DNA of 24,000 bases from an uncultured Actinomycetota bacterium (GCA_963825975.1 CAWGUZ010000012.1:250914-274913); one strand, 5' to 3'. Positions 1 to 9,798 are shown, numbered from the stretch's first letter. Notes: generated by a model not told the origin, from the letters alone. A program made the numbers and translations.

Positions 1-449
<449 letters not shown>

Positions 450-453
<4 letters not shown>

Positions 454-1331
454 CGCTGCCGCCCCTGCACGTCGCCCGGGGATGACAGCTTCGACGACGA
501 TGTGGGCGACTGTCTGGGCGACGGCTTGGACGACCGTGTGGACGACTGCGTGGGCGACGGCGCGGACGAGAGATCCTCCAGAACGGCCACTGTGGCCGCC
601 CACGCCGCAGACGCCGGATCGATCAGACCCATGTGCCCACCGCTGACCTCAATCAAGGCGGCGTCGACCCCGGCCGACCGTGCCGCCGCCACGTAGCGCG
701 CGCTGTAGTCGAATGGCACGTCGTCGTCGTCTTGGGCGTGTATGGCGCGGATCAGCGCGTTCAGCGGCAGTCGGACCATCGGATCGGTCGAGGCGTATCG
801 GTCTGGATGCGACGCAGGGGTGCCGCCCATGAAGTCGAGGACCGCGCCGGCCCCCAGCCGGTCCTCGGCGCCGGCGGCGAGGCACAGCACGCCGGCTTGA
901 CTCACTGCGGCGTTGACGGTGGCTCGGGGACTGGAGCCCGGTGCACTCAGCGGTAGCCGGTCGCGGGCGGCAGCCCACACCGCGAGCTGACCGCCGGCGG
1001 AGTGGCCGAGGGTGATCACCCGCTGTGAGCCGAACTCCGGCAGGTCGGCGAGCCGGTCGATTCCGGCCGCCACGTCCAGGAATGTCGAAGGCCAGCCGCC
1101 ACCGTCACCCACCCTTCGGTACTCGAGATTCACTGCTACATACCCGCGGCGAGCAAGGTCCAGGCACAGCGGCACACCCAATTCCGCGTCGTATCGGGCG
1201 CGCCAGAAACCGCCGTGAATCACGACGACCACCGCAGTCGGCGCACGGTGCCAGGTCGCGTCTGGTCGATAGATCTCGATCCACTGCGCGGGGTGGCTGC
1301 CGTAGCTCAATCGATGCTGACGCACCGGCAC
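450..1331 (-). CDS. Alpha/beta hydrolase (esterase/lipase-like, BD-FAE/arylformamidase-like fold)
   Basis: The ORF track gives 450..1730. The recognisable fold starts near LSYGSHPAQWIEIYRPD, followed by VVVVIHGGFW (oxyanion HGG) and the nucleophile elbow GHSAGG. The upstream 130 codons are Ala/Val low-complexity sequence and overlap the Gly-rich tail of the 1381..2799 gene in another frame. I therefore place the start at GTG 1331 (or GTG 1325); the start is uncertain. The stop TGA 452-450 overlaps the next GTG. Confidence 0.75.
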
Positions 1332-1380
1332 GGGCGAACCCGGCGGTGCGTCTGCTGGTCGAGAACCCGCGATTTCCGAT

Positions 1381-2799
1381 TCAGAACCCGCGACTGCCAC
1401 CACCGCCGCCGAAGCCACCGCTACCGCCGCCGCCACCGAATCCGCGACTGCCACCGCCGCCACCGAATCCGGTACTGCCGCCCCCACCACGGCGACCGCC
1501 GCCGCCCCCGCCGCCGAAGCCGCCGCCGAAGCCGCCACCCCATCCCGAACCCCAGCCCCCGCCGCCGCGACGACGGCGACCGTAACCGCCTCCGGACCCG
1601 CCGAAGCCGCCGAAGCCGCCGCCGGACCCGCTGTTGCGATTGGACTCGTCTCGACGGCGCTTCTCCTCGGCTGCCTGCGCTTTCGCGATCGCGGCCAATC
1701 GGGCGTCCACTTCGGCCTGTTTGGATCCAAGCGCGTTCGTCACGGTCTGCAGGATGGCCAAGCCGTCGCCGATCGGCAGGCTCCCGTCGAGCACGGACGA
1801 CGACATGGCCGGAAGCTTGTTCGCGAGCGGATCGGTGTCCATCGGCTGGAAATCGGCGACGCCGACCAGTTGGTGTTGAGAGCTGTCCAGGCGCTGGATG
1901 CGTTGGCGCGCTCCCGCCATCGACGCGTTCCAGAGGTCCTGCCAGCCGGTGTCGCCGCGCAGCATGGCGAGGGTGTTGGTGATCCGTGCCAGGTGCTCGC
2001 CCATGGTCGCGAGGTTGCGCTGGTCCTGATCTACGGGAACCCCGTCGCCGCTGTCGCCGCTGTCACTGCCGGTCAGCTCTTCGCGCCGGCGCAGCGTGAC
2101 GTCGACATCGGCCAGGTCGGCCTCCAGCGGGTCGCGGTGAGGACCGTCAGGGACAGTTTCGATCAACACCTCCAACTCGCTGACGCGGTCGCGCAGCTGC
2201 ACGGCGGTCAACTGGTTCTGCGCCGCCACCTCCTGCTGACGAGCGCGCTCCGCCCGCTGCGACCTGGTCTTCTTCACCCGCCGATAGAGCAGCCACCCGC
2301 CGACCAGCACCACGAGCAACACGAGCACCCAGACCCACGCGTATGACGGGGTGACCATCGACTCGACCTTGTTGATGCCCGCGACGACGCCCTGTGTCCA
2401 ACGGCCGGCGCCGAAATCCGTCGCCATCGCGTCTTGAACGGTTTGGAACTTGTCGGCAACAGCCTTGGACTCGCCGCCACCGGCATACACGCCGAGTCGT
2501 TCTGACGTCACATTGACCGCGAGGGTGACGGTGTTCGCCGCCCACGAGGTTCCCGTCCAGCCCGCCTGTCTGCCGAGCGCTTTGACTGCGGCGTCCAAAT
2601 TGGTACTGGTGCTGTCGAGGGTGACCACGATGAAGTCGATCTTGGGCACGCCCGCGGCGGCGTTGGTGACAGCGGATTGATCGAGCACGCCGGCGTTGTC
2701 GACGATGCTCACCGACCCGGCGAAGGCATTGGTCGGTGCCACCCCGGCCAGGATCAGCGTGCCGATTAGCGCGACGACGATCCTAGCCAGCAGCCTCAT
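1381..2799 (-). CDS. TPM-domain (YgcG-like) membrane protein with Gly-rich C-terminal tail
   Basis: 472-aa ORF. It has a signal peptide (MRLLARIVVALIGTLILAGVAPTNAFA), then a TPM/phosphatase-like domain (VDNAGVLD...IDFIVVTLDS...LGVYAGGG), then a TM helix (WVWVLVLLVVLVGGWLLY). A long helical region follows, and the tail is of the GGGFGGGFGGGGGG type, as in the YgcG/TPM family. Confidence 0.8.
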   Translation of the reverse strand: MRLLARIVVALIGTLILAGVAPTNAFAGSVSIVDNAGVLDQSAVTNAAAGVPKIDFIVVTLDSTSTNLDAAVKALGRQAGWTGTSWAANTVTLAVNVTSERLGVYAGGGESKAVADKFQTVQDAMATDFGAGRWTQGVVAGINKVESMVTPSYAWVWVLVLLVVLVGGWLLYRRVKKTRSQRAERARQQEVAAQNQLTAVQLRDRVSELEVLIETVPDGPHRDPLEADLADVDVTLRRREELTGSDSGDSGDGVPVDQDQRNLATMGEHLARITNTLAMLRGDTGWQDLWNASMAGARQRIQRLDSSQHQLVGVADFQPMDTDPLANKLPAMSSSVLDGSLPIGDGLAILQTVTNALGSKQAEVDARLAAIAKAQAAEEKRRRDESNRNSGSGGGFGGFGGSGGGYGRRRRGGGGWGSGWGGGFGGGFGGGGGGGRRGGGGSTGFGGGGGSRGFGGGGGSGGFGGGGGSRGF

Positions 2800-3105
2800 A
2801 CCGGCCGACTGTAGTGCGCCGGTCCGACACCGGCGGTGACCGGAGGGGTGACTCCCCGTCTCACACCAAGCGTCGAGTGATCCGGGAGGATCGAGATCAA
2901 TAGTGAGCTGGATCCCCCGGATTGGGGCCCGCCAAGCGTGCTCGCGGTGGGCCGATGATCCGTCGGAGGGCCCATCACGAGATTTATCTCGGCGATCCGC
3001 GCCGCGCGACGCCGGCCAAGCTCAGGACGACATTGCGGCAGCCCGTCGAACAGCGCTGAGGGCGCAGCGGGCGTGCAGGCCTGGGATCGGCCCGATCGGA
3101 GCGGG

Positions 3106-3193
3106 TGGCGGAGGATAGGGGATTCGAACCCCTGAGGGAGTTACCCCAACACGCTTTCCAAGCGTGCGCCATAGGCCACTAGGCGAATCCTCC
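3106..3193 (-). tRNA. tRNA-Ser (anticodon GGA), 88 nt including encoded CCA
   Basis: Reverse complement: GGAGGATTCGCCTAGTGGCCTATGGCGCACGCTTGGAAAGCGTGTTGGGGTAACTCCCTCAGGGGTTCGAATCCCCTATCCTCCGCCA. It has a 7-bp acceptor stem (GGAGGAT/ATCCTCC), anticodon stem CACGC/GCGTG with loop TTGGAAA (GGA), a long variable arm typical of tRNA-Ser, and the T-loop GGTTCGAATCC. Confidence 0.95.
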
Positions 3194-3344
3194 GCGCAGG
3201 AGTCTACCGGCCGGACTCCGATGCTCCTGACGATCGAGGCGGCATCCACCGGCGCAGAGGGCGTCGATCATTGCGATCGGGCAATCCGATCGGGCAATCC
3301 GACAGACTCGGCGCCCGCAGCGCCCTGCGGGCGATAGAGTGGAC

Positions 3345-3436
3345 TCCGGACCCCCGCGGCGTCCATCTCCTTAACTCCCCCAGGGCCGGAAGGCAGCAAG
3401 GGTCCGGGAGCTCTGGCGGGTGCGGGGGTCCCCTTA
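3345..3436 (+). ncRNA. ffs: Signal recognition particle RNA (small/4.5S type, ffs)
   Basis: It contains the conserved SRP domain IV core CAGGGCCGGAAGGCAGCAAGGG (GGAA tetraloop flanked by AGG / AGCA symmetric-loop residues; compare E. coli GGUCCGGAAGGAAGCAGCC). The closing helix is GGACCCCCGC (3348-3357) paired with GCGGGGGTCC (3422-3431). A -10-like TAGAGT lies at 3335-3340. The position between tRNA-Ser and dnaX matches known actinobacterial synteny. The ends are accurate to about +/-5 nt. Confidence 0.8.
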
Positions 3437-3561
3437 TGTCCGCGGAAGATCCGGGCTCGCCATGTTGCCGCAGCGCGGACCGCGCACCCCCGCCGGTGCG
3501 CTCATCCACAGCGTCACCGCGCCGGCGGCCACTGTCGGACCGACCCCGTAACCTCGTCGTC

Positions 3562-5373
3562 GTGGCTCTCGCGCTCTACCGCAAATACCGTCCGGCGACG
3601 TTCGCCGAGGTCGTCGGTCAAGACCACGTGACGCAGCCCCTGCGGACCGCGCTCGGCGCCGGTCGGATCAACCACGCCTATCTGTTCTCCGGGCCGCGCG
3701 GCTGCGGCAAGACGTCCAGTGCCCGCATCCTGGCCAGGTCGTTGAACTGTGTGCAGGGGCCGACTCCGGATCCGTGTGGGGTGTGCTCGTCGTGCGTCGC
3801 GCTGGCCCCCGAGGGGCCCGGCTCGCTGGATGTGGTCGAGTTGGACGCCGCGTCCCACGGTGGTGTCGACGACACACGCGACCTGCGGGACCGTGCGTTC
3901 TACATGCCGGCCGAATCGCGCTACCGGGTGTTCATCATCGACGAGGCCCACATGGTCTCGCCGCAGGGCTTCAACGCTCTGCTCAAGATCGTGGAGGAGC
4001 CGCCGGAGCACCTCGTCTTCATCTTCGCGACAACCGAACCGGACAAGGTCATGACGACCATCCGGTCGCGGACCCACCACTACCCGTTCCGGTTGATCGC
4101 TCCCGCGGTACTGCGCTCGCTGCTCGAACGACTGTGCGCGGAGGAGGGTGTGCACGTCGAACCGGCGGTGTTTCCGCTGGTGATCCGGGCCGGCGGCGGA
4201 TCGGCGCGCGACTCGCTGTCGATCTTGGATCAGCTGCTGGCGGGCGCCGGGGACGAGGGGGTCACGTACCGGAGCGCGGTGTCGCTGTTGGGGGTGACGG
4301 ATGCTGCGCTGCTCGACGAGGCTGTCGACGCACTCGCCGCCCACGACGGGGCTTCGGTCTTCGGCGCCGTCGACAAGGTCGTCGAGGCGGGTCACGATCC
4401 GCGCCGGTTCGCCGCTGACTTGTTGGAGCGACTGCGGGACCTGGTGATCATCGCCGCGGTGCCCGATGCGGGCGCGAAAGGTCTCATCGACGCCCCGGAC
4501 GACCAGTTGACCGCGATGCACGGTCAAGCTGAGCGGCTCGGCGCGGGCACCTTGACCAGGCTCGCCGACGTCCTGCACACCGGGCTCACGGAAATGCGCG
4601 GGACCACCGCGCCCCGCCTGGCGCTGGAGCTGATGTGCGCCCGCATGCTGCTGCCCGCCGCGTCGACGGGGGAGGGTGCCCTGGTGCAGCGGTTGGAACG
4701 GCTGGAGCAGCTGTTCGCTGCCGGCGGTGCGCAGAGCCCGGCAACCGCGAACCCGTCTTCGACACCAGGAACCCAGCCGAAGACGGCGCCGAGGCAGGGT
4801 GTGGCGAAGATTCCGCCCGTCACACCGCCCGCTGTCACACCGCCCGCTGTCACACCGCCGTCGATCGCGCAACCGGTCGGCACTCCTGAGCCGGGCAGCC
4901 CCGCTGACCGCCCATCGCCGGACGGTCCCGCGCCGCGAGCGCCCGCCGCGCAGCGGGCCGCCGGCTATCGGCGCCCGTCTGCTCGGGCGGAGTCGGCAAG
5001 CCCCCAGGCTTCGCCCGCTGACTCGCCGGCCGATCGGCGCCCGGCAGGTGGTCCGTCCACGACGTCGTCCGCCGCGATGTCGGCACTCGGTCTGCCGCCG
5101 CCCCCCGTTCTGTCCAGTGGCGGAGCCACCCCGGACCGCACCCCGGCCCCGACCATTCCGGTCGAACCGCCGCTGCCCGCCGACTCGCTGCCGCCCGCAG
5201 ACGACTGGCAACCGCCGGACGAACCGCCCGACGAGGCGGAGTTCGGCGATCCACCGTCGGTATCGGACGCCGGCAGCGGTGGCCCGGGGTCGCCACCGAT
5301 CGGATCACCGGCGGCCGAATCGCTTGCACCCGGGGCGCCTGAGACCGGGGCGCCTAGCGACCGGGGCGCCTGA
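3562..5373 (+). CDS. dnaX: DNA polymerase III subunit gamma/tau (DnaX), zero-frame product ending prematurely at TGA 5371-5373
   Basis: Starts at GTG 3562 (VALALYRKYRPATFAEVVGQDHV, the canonical DnaX N-terminus). Motifs present: Walker A GPRGCGKTS, Zn module CGVCSSCVAL, Walker B IIDEAHM and sensor SRTHHYPF, followed by a long Pro/Ala-rich linker. The track ORF start at 3271 is rejected because it runs through ffs. The conserved C-terminal domain is not in this frame (see next feature). Confidence 0.9.
   Translation: MALALYRKYRPATFAEVVGQDHVTQPLRTALGAGRINHAYLFSGPRGCGKTSSARILARSLNCVQGPTPDPCGVCSSCVALAPEGPGSLDVVELDAASHGGVDDTRDLRDRAFYMPAESRYRVFIIDEAHMVSPQGFNALLKIVEEPPEHLVFIFATTEPDKVMTTIRSRTHHYPFRLIAPAVLRSLLERLCAEEGVHVEPAVFPLVIRAGGGSARDSLSILDQLLAGAGDEGVTYRSAVSLLGVTDAALLDEAVDALAAHDGASVFGAVDKVVEAGHDPRRFAADLLERLRDLVIIAAVPDAGAKGLIDAPDDQLTAMHGQAERLGAGTLTRLADVLHTGLTEMRGTTAPRLALELMCARMLLPAASTGEGALVQRLERLEQLFAAGGAQSPATANPSSTPGTQPKTAPRQGVAKIPPVTPPAVTPPAVTPPSIAQPVGTPEPGSPADRPSPDGPAPRAPAAQRAAGYRRPSARAESASPQASPADSPADRRPAGGPSTTSSAAMSALGLPPPPVLSSGGATPDRTPAPTIPVEPPLPADSLPPADDWQPPDEPPDEAEFGDPPSVSDAGSGGPGSPPIGSPAAESLAPGAPETGAPSDRGA
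4819..4863 (+). repeat. 15-nt tandem repeat x3 (GTCACACCGCCCGCT) encoding VTPPA repeats in the dnaX linker
   Basis: Direct reading gives units at 4819, 4834 and 4849 (the last diverges at its 3' end). The protein reads PVTPPAVTPPAVTPPS. Confidence 0.9.
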
Positions 5374-5461
5374 GACCGGGGCGCCTGAGACCGGGGCGCC
5401 TGCACCCGGGGCGCCTGCAACTGGGGTGCCTGCAACCGAGTCACCCGCAGCCGGGTCGCCG
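5326..5461 (+). repeat. Array of about 9 tandem 15-nt units (consensus GAGACCGGGGCGCCT / GCACCCGGGGCGCCT) with one aberrant 16-nt unit
   Basis: Units start at 5326, 5341, 5356 (16 nt: AGCGACCGGGGCGCCT), 5372, 5387, 5402, 5417, 5432 and 5447. They encode (E/A)(T/P)GAP pentapeptides when read in frame. Confidence 0.9.
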
Positions 5462-5986
5462 GTTAGTCCGCCGCCGGCTCAGACGAACCAGGCAAGCCGG
5501 CCTTCGGCGAAGGGCGATGACCTGGATGTCACGGACGCCCGGCGAGTGTGGCCGGAGATCCTCGCCGCTGTGCAGCGGCGGCGCCGCGCGACCCAGATAC
5601 TCCTCGCCTCGGCGACTGTCGTCGACATGAAGGCGGGCGTACTCATGCTTGAGATGCCGTCGGCCGGGATGGCTAAACGCGTCGTCGAACAGGGCAACGC
5701 GTCGCTGCTCCGGGAGGCTGTGAAGGAAGTACTCGGGGTGGAATGGGCGATCCGCTGCGAATCGCCTTCAGGGTCGCCGCCGCCGGCTGCTGCGTCCGCG
5801 CGCCCCAATCTGACGGTGGTGCGAGACGCGCCGCCGACGCCCGACGACGACGTCCCAGACGACTACGACGCCGGTGCGAAACCGCAGGCGTCGGGAGACT
5901 TCGCGGTCCACGACCCGGAGGCGGCGGCGATCGAACTGCTGACTCGTCAACTCGGCGCCCGGCGGCTGGATCCCGACAAGTCGTAA
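5374..5986 (+). CDS. dnaX: DnaX (tau) conserved C-terminal domain segment, in the +1 frame relative to the upstream dnaX ORF, with no independent start
   Basis: The frame of ORF 4676..5986 encodes ...GAPETGAPETGAPAPGAPATG...VWPEILAAVQRRRRATQILLASATVVDMKAGVLMLEMPSAGMAKRVVEQGNASLLREAVKEVLGVEWAIRCE...AIELLTRQLGARRLD. This resembles the C-terminal module of actinobacterial DnaX. It continues the same 15-nt repeat array as the upstream frame. Stop TAA at 5984-5986. Confidence 0.8.
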
Positions 5987-6020
5987 CCGACGACAGGTCG
6001 TAGAGGACGGTCAGTCCGGC

Positions 6021-6656
6021 TCAAGCGCCGCGGGCGATCCATGCCTCCAGATTCGGCTTCTCGGCTCCGATCGTGGTGGAGTCGCCGTGCCCCGTTCGGA
6101 CCTCCGTCTCGGTGGGCAAGGTGAGCAGCCGCGTCGAGATCGACTCGATGATGGTCTCGAAGCTGCTGAACGATCTGCCCGTGGCACCGGGGCCGCCCTG
6201 GAAAAGGGTGTCTCCGGTGAAAACCACGCCTAGTTCTGATGAATAGAGGCAGCAGCTGCCGGGGCTGTGACCGGGGGTGTGGATCACCGTGAGGGTGACC
6301 CCCGCGACATCGATCAGCTGCCCGTCCTGCAGGTCGGCGTCCGGTGTGTCGTCGGGATGCGCGAGTTCCCAGAGGGGCCGGTCTGCCGGGTGCAACAGGA
6401 TCGGCGCTCCGGTCTGCGACCGCACCGTCGGGGCCGCGTCGACGTGGTCGTCGTGAGCGTGGGTGCACACCACGGCCCGCACCGTACGGCCGGCCACCAT
6501 CGCCAGAATCGCGTCCGCGTCGTGCGCGGCGTCGATGATCACCACCTCGTGATCGTCACCCACGATCCAGACGTTGTTGTCCACGTCCCAGCTTCCGCCG
6601 TCGAGGTGGAACGTGCCGGACGTGGTGAGGTGTTCGATTCGCGCCATGACGTCCAC
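6021..6656 (-). CDS. MBL-fold metallo-hydrolase (glyoxalase II-like)
   Basis: 211-aa ORF with the THAHDDH (HxHxDH) motif, HTPGHSPGS and a later GH. Alternative start: ATG 6647 (MARIEHL) instead of GTG 6656. Confidence 0.85.
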   Translation of the reverse strand: MDVMARIEHLTTSGTFHLDGGSWDVDNNVWIVGDDHEVVIIDAAHDADAILAMVAGRTVRAVVCTHAHDDHVDAAPTVRSQTGAPILLHPADRPLWELAHPDDTPDADLQDGQLIDVAGVTLTVIHTPGHSPGSCCLYSSELGVVFTGDTLFQGGPGATGRSFSSFETIIESISTRLLTLPTETEVRTGHGDSTTIGAEKPNLEAWIARGA

Positions 6657-6780
6657 TTCTAGCAGATCCCGCCGCGGGTCATTTCGTCCCGGTGCATCAA
6701 GGTAAGGGACCGTGGTCCGCCGCCGGGCCGGAACGATCAGTGATCCGTGGTGGCTTCACACTCATCCGAAGGAGCGGCGA

Positions 6781-7074
6781 TCACGAGCGCACCAACCGAG
6801 CGATCGCGGCCGAGGCCTCGGCGACCTTGGCATCGGCTTCGGGGCCGCCCTCCTTCGCAGCCCGCACGACGCAGTGGCTGAGGTGTTCGTCCAGCAGGCC
6901 GAGTGCGACCGACTGCAGGGCTTTCGTCATCGCGGAGACCTGCGTGAGGATGTCGATGCAGTACTGCTCCTCTTCGACCATCCGCTGCAGACCGCGGGCT
7001 TGGCCCTCGATCCGGCGGAGCCTGGTGAGATAGACGTCTTTGCTGTGGATGTATCCATGGGTTCCATCGGCCAT
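6781..7074 (-). CDS. csoR: CsoR-family copper-sensing transcriptional repressor
   Basis: MADGTHGYIHSKDVYLTRLRRIEGQARGLQRMVEEEQYCIDILTQVSAMTKALQSVALGLLDEHLSHCV. The RLRRIEGQ signature and the C...H...C (x-C-H-C) Cu(I) ligand pattern are present. ATG 7074 is preceded by GAAGGAGGA at 7 nt. The longer track start (7125) would run into the operator region. Confidence 0.9.
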   Translation of the reverse strand: MADGTHGYIHSKDVYLTRLRRIEGQARGLQRMVEEEQYCIDILTQVSAMTKALQSVALGLLDEHLSHCVVRAAKEGGPEADAKVAEASAAIARLVRS

Positions 7075-7116
7075 GACCAGGGTCCTCCTTCGGTGCGGAT
7101 CGTGCCGACGTTCACG

Positions 7117-7156
7117 ATACCCCATGGGGGTTTACACCGACACCCCCTAGGGGTAT
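7117..7156. promoter_or_regulatory. Two CsoR-type operator boxes in the divergent csoR / copZ-copA promoter region
   Basis: ATACCCCATGGGGGT (7117-7131) and ACCCCCTAGGGGTAT (7142-7156). Both are G/C-tract inverted repeats of the TACCCC-N3-GGGGTA type known for CsoR operators. -10-like hexamers adjoin each box: TATAAC after box 2 for copZ, and TATCGT on the minus strand after box 1 for csoR. Confidence 0.65.
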
Positions 7157-7205
7157 AACTGTTGGTAGGCCGAATCGCCTGTAGTCCGATCGAGAGGAAC
7201 GAATC

Positions 7206-7424
7206 ATGTCCACGTCAACGACGTACGCGGTTTCCGGTATGACCTGCGGTCACTGCGTGTCTGCGGTCACCGAGGAGATCAAGAAGCTTGAGGGAGTCAG
7301 CGATGTCGCCATCGAGTTGAACACGGGCGGGGAGTCAGCCGTCTCGGTGACCAGTGCCGCACCGCTGTCGGTCGAGACCGTGCGCGACGCTGTCGACGAG
7401 GCCGGATACACCCTCGTCGACTGA
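7206..7424 (+). CDS. copZ: Heavy-metal-associated domain copper chaperone (CopZ-like)
   Basis: 72 aa with the GMTCGHC metal-binding motif and a ferredoxin-like HMA pattern. RBS GAGAGGAA lies upstream. Confidence 0.9.
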   Translation: MSTSTTYAVSGMTCGHCVSAVTEEIKKLEGVSDVAIELNTGGESAVSVTSAAPLSVETVRDAVDEAGYTLVD

Positions 7425-7482
7425 CGAATCGCGGCCGGACGGTCCGAAAGACAGCACCACAGACGGTTGGAAGGGTTGCGGA

Positions 7483-9777
7483 ATGACTGAGCAGACGGTG
7501 GATCTGGAGATCGGCGGCATGACGTGCTCGTCGTGCGCGATGCGGATCGAGAAGAAACTGAACCGGATGCCGGGCGTCGAGGCGACGGTGAACTACGCGA
7601 CCGAGAAGGCGCATGTGGTGCTGCCGTCGGGAACCGATGTGGCGGCCGCGATCGCCACCGTCGAGGCGACCGGATACACCGCCACGGTGCCCCAACCGCC
7701 GCGCGCGGCCCCCGCACATGGATCCGCGTCGACCGAACCACGTGACGCCGCAGGCACTCTCGACTCCGAGAGCGCGGTGGACCCCGAGGTCGCGTCGTTG
7801 TGGAATCGGCTGCTGATCTCAATGGTGTTGACTGTGCCGGTGCTGCTGCTGGCCATGGTGCCGCCGCTGCAGTTCACCAATTGGCAGTGGTTGAGTCTGA
7901 CGCTGGCGTCGCCGGTGGTGGTGTGGGGTGCGTTGCCCTTCCACCGGGCGGCGTGGGCGAATCTGAAACACGGTGCGGCGACCATGGACACCCTGATCAG
8001 CGTCGGTGTGCTCGCCGCCTTCGGGTGGTCGCTGTACGCGCTGTTCCTCGGTGACGCCGGGATGCCGGGGATGCGGATGACGTTCACGCTGATTCCGCAG
8101 CGGGGTTCCGGTGGCGGTGAGATCTACCTCGAGGTGGCGGCCGCCGTCACCGTGTTCATCCTGGCCGGCCGCTACTTCGAAGCCCGCGCCAAGAAGAACT
8201 CGAGCGCCGCGTTGCGGGCGTTGCTGAACATGGGCGCGAAGGACGTCGCGGTCCTGCGGGACGGCGTGGAGCAGCGAATCGCGGTGGAGCTGCTGGTGGT
8301 GGGGGACTCGTTCATCGTCCGCCCCGGCGAGAAGATCGCCACCGACGGAGTGGTGGCCGAAGGTGCCTCGGCGGTCGACGCGAGTCTGCTCACCGGTGAG
8401 CCGGTGCCGGTCGAGGTCGGTCCCGGCGACGCGGTGACCGGAGCCACCGTGAACGTGGGGGGCCGGTTGGTGGTCCGCGCGACTCGGATCGGAGCCGACA
8501 CCCAGCTGGCGCAGATGGCCCGCCTGGTGGAGCAGGCCCAGTCCGGCAAGGCCCCCGTCCAGCGACTGGCCGACCGGGTCTCCGCGGTCTTCGTCCCGGT
8601 GGTGATCGTCCTGGCGCTGGCCACCCTGGCGTACTGGCTCGTCACCGGCGCGACCGCCGAGGCGGCGTTCACCGCCGCCGTGGCGGTGCTGATCATCGCC
8701 TGCCCCTGCGCCCTCGGGTTGGCGACCCCGACCGCGTTGCTGGTCGGCACCGGCCGTGGAGCTCAACTGGGCATCCTGATCAAGGGGCCGCAGATTCTGG
8801 AGTCGACCCGGCGGGTCGACACCATCGTGTTGGACAAGACCGGCACGATCACGACCGGCCGGATGCGGCTGCTGGCCGTGCATGCGTCGGTGGACACCGA
8901 CGAGGGTGATCTGCTGCGGATGGCCGGTGCGCTGGAAGACGCATCCGAGCATCCGATCGCCGCGGCGATCGCCGCAGCCGCCCGAGACCGGGTCGGTGCG
9001 CTTCCCGCGGTCGAGTCGTTCGAGTCCACCCGCGGGTTGGGTGTGCAGGGTGTGGTGGACGGGCATGCGGTCGTCGCCGGCCGGACCTCCTGGCTCGCCG
9101 ACCAGTGGGCGCAACCCCTGGCCGCGGACCTCGACGGGATCCGCGGCGCGGCGGAGTCGGTGGGCCGCACGGTCACCGCGGTGAGCTGGGACGGCCGGGT
9201 CCGTGGCCTGCTCGTCGTCGGCGACACCGTGAAACCGACCAGCGCGCAGGCTGTCTCCGAGCTGCGTGAGCTCGGATTGAGCCCGGTGCTGCTCACCGGC
9301 GACAACCGGGGCGCCGCAAAGGCGATCGCCGCGGAGGTGGGCGTGGACGAGGTCATCGCCGAGGTGCTGCCCGCGGACAAGGTCGACGTCGTCCGCCGGC
9401 TGCAGGAACAGGGCCGGGTGGTGGCCATGGTGGGGGACGGCGTCAACGACGCCGCCGCCCTGGCACAGGCCGACCTCGGCATCGCCATGGGCACCGGGTC
9501 GGATGCGGCGATCGAGGCCGGTGACCTGACCCTGGTGCGGGGCGACCTGCGCGGGGCGGTCGACGCGATCCGGCTCGCCCGGCGCACCCTGGGCACGATC
9601 AAGGGCAACCTGTTCTGGGCCTTCGCCTACAACGTCGCGGCACTGCCGTTGGCCATGGCGGGGCTGTTGAACCCGCTGATCGCCGGCGCGGCGATGGCGT
9701 TCTCGTCGGTGTTCGTGGTGACCAACAGCCTGCGACTGCGCCGCTTCCGGGCGGTCTCGACCTCGCCGACTGCCTGA
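7483..9777 (+). CDS. copA: Copper-translocating P1B-type ATPase (CopA/CtpV-like)
   Basis: Starts at ATG 7483 ([26 protein letters not shown], an HMA domain) with GGAAGGG upstream. Motifs: TGE, CPC ([13 protein letters not shown]), [17 protein letters not shown]. The track start 7354 overlaps copZ and is rejected. Confidence 0.92.
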   Translation: MTEQTVDLEIGGMTCSSCAMRIEKKLNRMPGVEATVNYATEKAHVVLPSGTDVAAAIATVEATGYTATVPQPPRAAPAHGSASTEPRDAAGTLDSESAVDPEVASLWNRLLISMVLTVPVLLLAMVPPLQFTNWQWLSLTLASPVVVWGALPFHRAAWANLKHGAATMDTLISVGVLAAFGWSLYALFLGDAGMPGMRMTFTLIPQRGSGGGEIYLEVAAAVTVFILAGRYFEARAKKNSSAALRALLNMGAKDVAVLRDGVEQRIAVELLVVGDSFIVRPGEKIATDGVVAEGASAVDASLLTGEPVPVEVGPGDAVTGATVNVGGRLVVRATRIGADTQLAQMARLVEQAQSGKAPVQRLADRVSAVFVPVVIVLALATLAYWLVTGATAEAAFTAAVAVLIIACPCALGLATPTALLVGTGRGAQLGILIKGPQILESTRRVDTIVLDKTGTITTGRMRLLAVHASVDTDEGDLLRMAGALEDASEHPIAAAIAAAARDRVGALPAVESFESTRGLGVQGVVDGHAVVAGRTSWLADQWAQPLAADLDGIRGAAESVGRTVTAVSWDGRVRGLLVVGDTVKPTSAQAVSELRELGLSPVLLTGDNRGAAKAIAAEVGVDEVIAEVLPADKVDVVRRLQEQGRVVAMVGDGVNDAAALAQADLGIAMGTGSDAAIEAGDLTLVRGDLRGAVDAIRLARRTLGTIKGNLFWAFAYNVAALPLAMAGLLNPLIAGAAMAFSSVFVVTNSLRLRRFRAVSTSPTA

Positions 9778-9798
9778 ACTCACGGCCGGAGCTTCAAG

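Noticed and set aside
1332-1730. The N-terminal 130 codons of the 426-aa hydrolase ORF, and the PPPP-rich plus-strand ORFs at 1025..1585 and 1215..1982
   Set aside because: These are low-complexity alternative-frame readings of the GGC/GCC-rich DNA that encodes the Gly-rich tail of the TPM-domain protein. The hydrolase fold only starts after about 1331.
3271-3561. The 5' extension of the 700-aa ORF (track start 3271) as the dnaX start
   Set aside because: The extension runs straight through the SRP RNA gene and has no DnaX-like sequence. The canonical DnaX N-terminus (ALYRKYRP) begins at GTG 3562.
3514-5211. A 565-aa minus-strand ORF antisense to dnaX. Similar cases: 7819..9819(-) antisense to copA; 11238..12491(+) antisense to ppdK; 12668..13804(+), antisense mainly to mtlD and running into the mtlF 3' end; 14888..15889(+), antisense to mtlA and extending 21 nt beyond its start; and 16155..16973(-), antisense mainly to the LacI-family gene.
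   Set aside because: These are typical high-GC shadow ORFs. They are Arg/Gly/Pro-rich with no recognisable motifs, and each lies largely or wholly opposite a well-supported gene.
5356-5373. Programmed ribosomal frameshifting in dnaX, by analogy with the E. coli gamma/tau system
   Set aside because: The required shift is +1, not -1. There is no slippery heptamer (A AAA AAG type) and no prfB-like CUU UGA context. The anomaly is exactly one extra base in one unit of a tandem repeat, which is better explained by an indel or error. The possibility is kept open only in the finding text.
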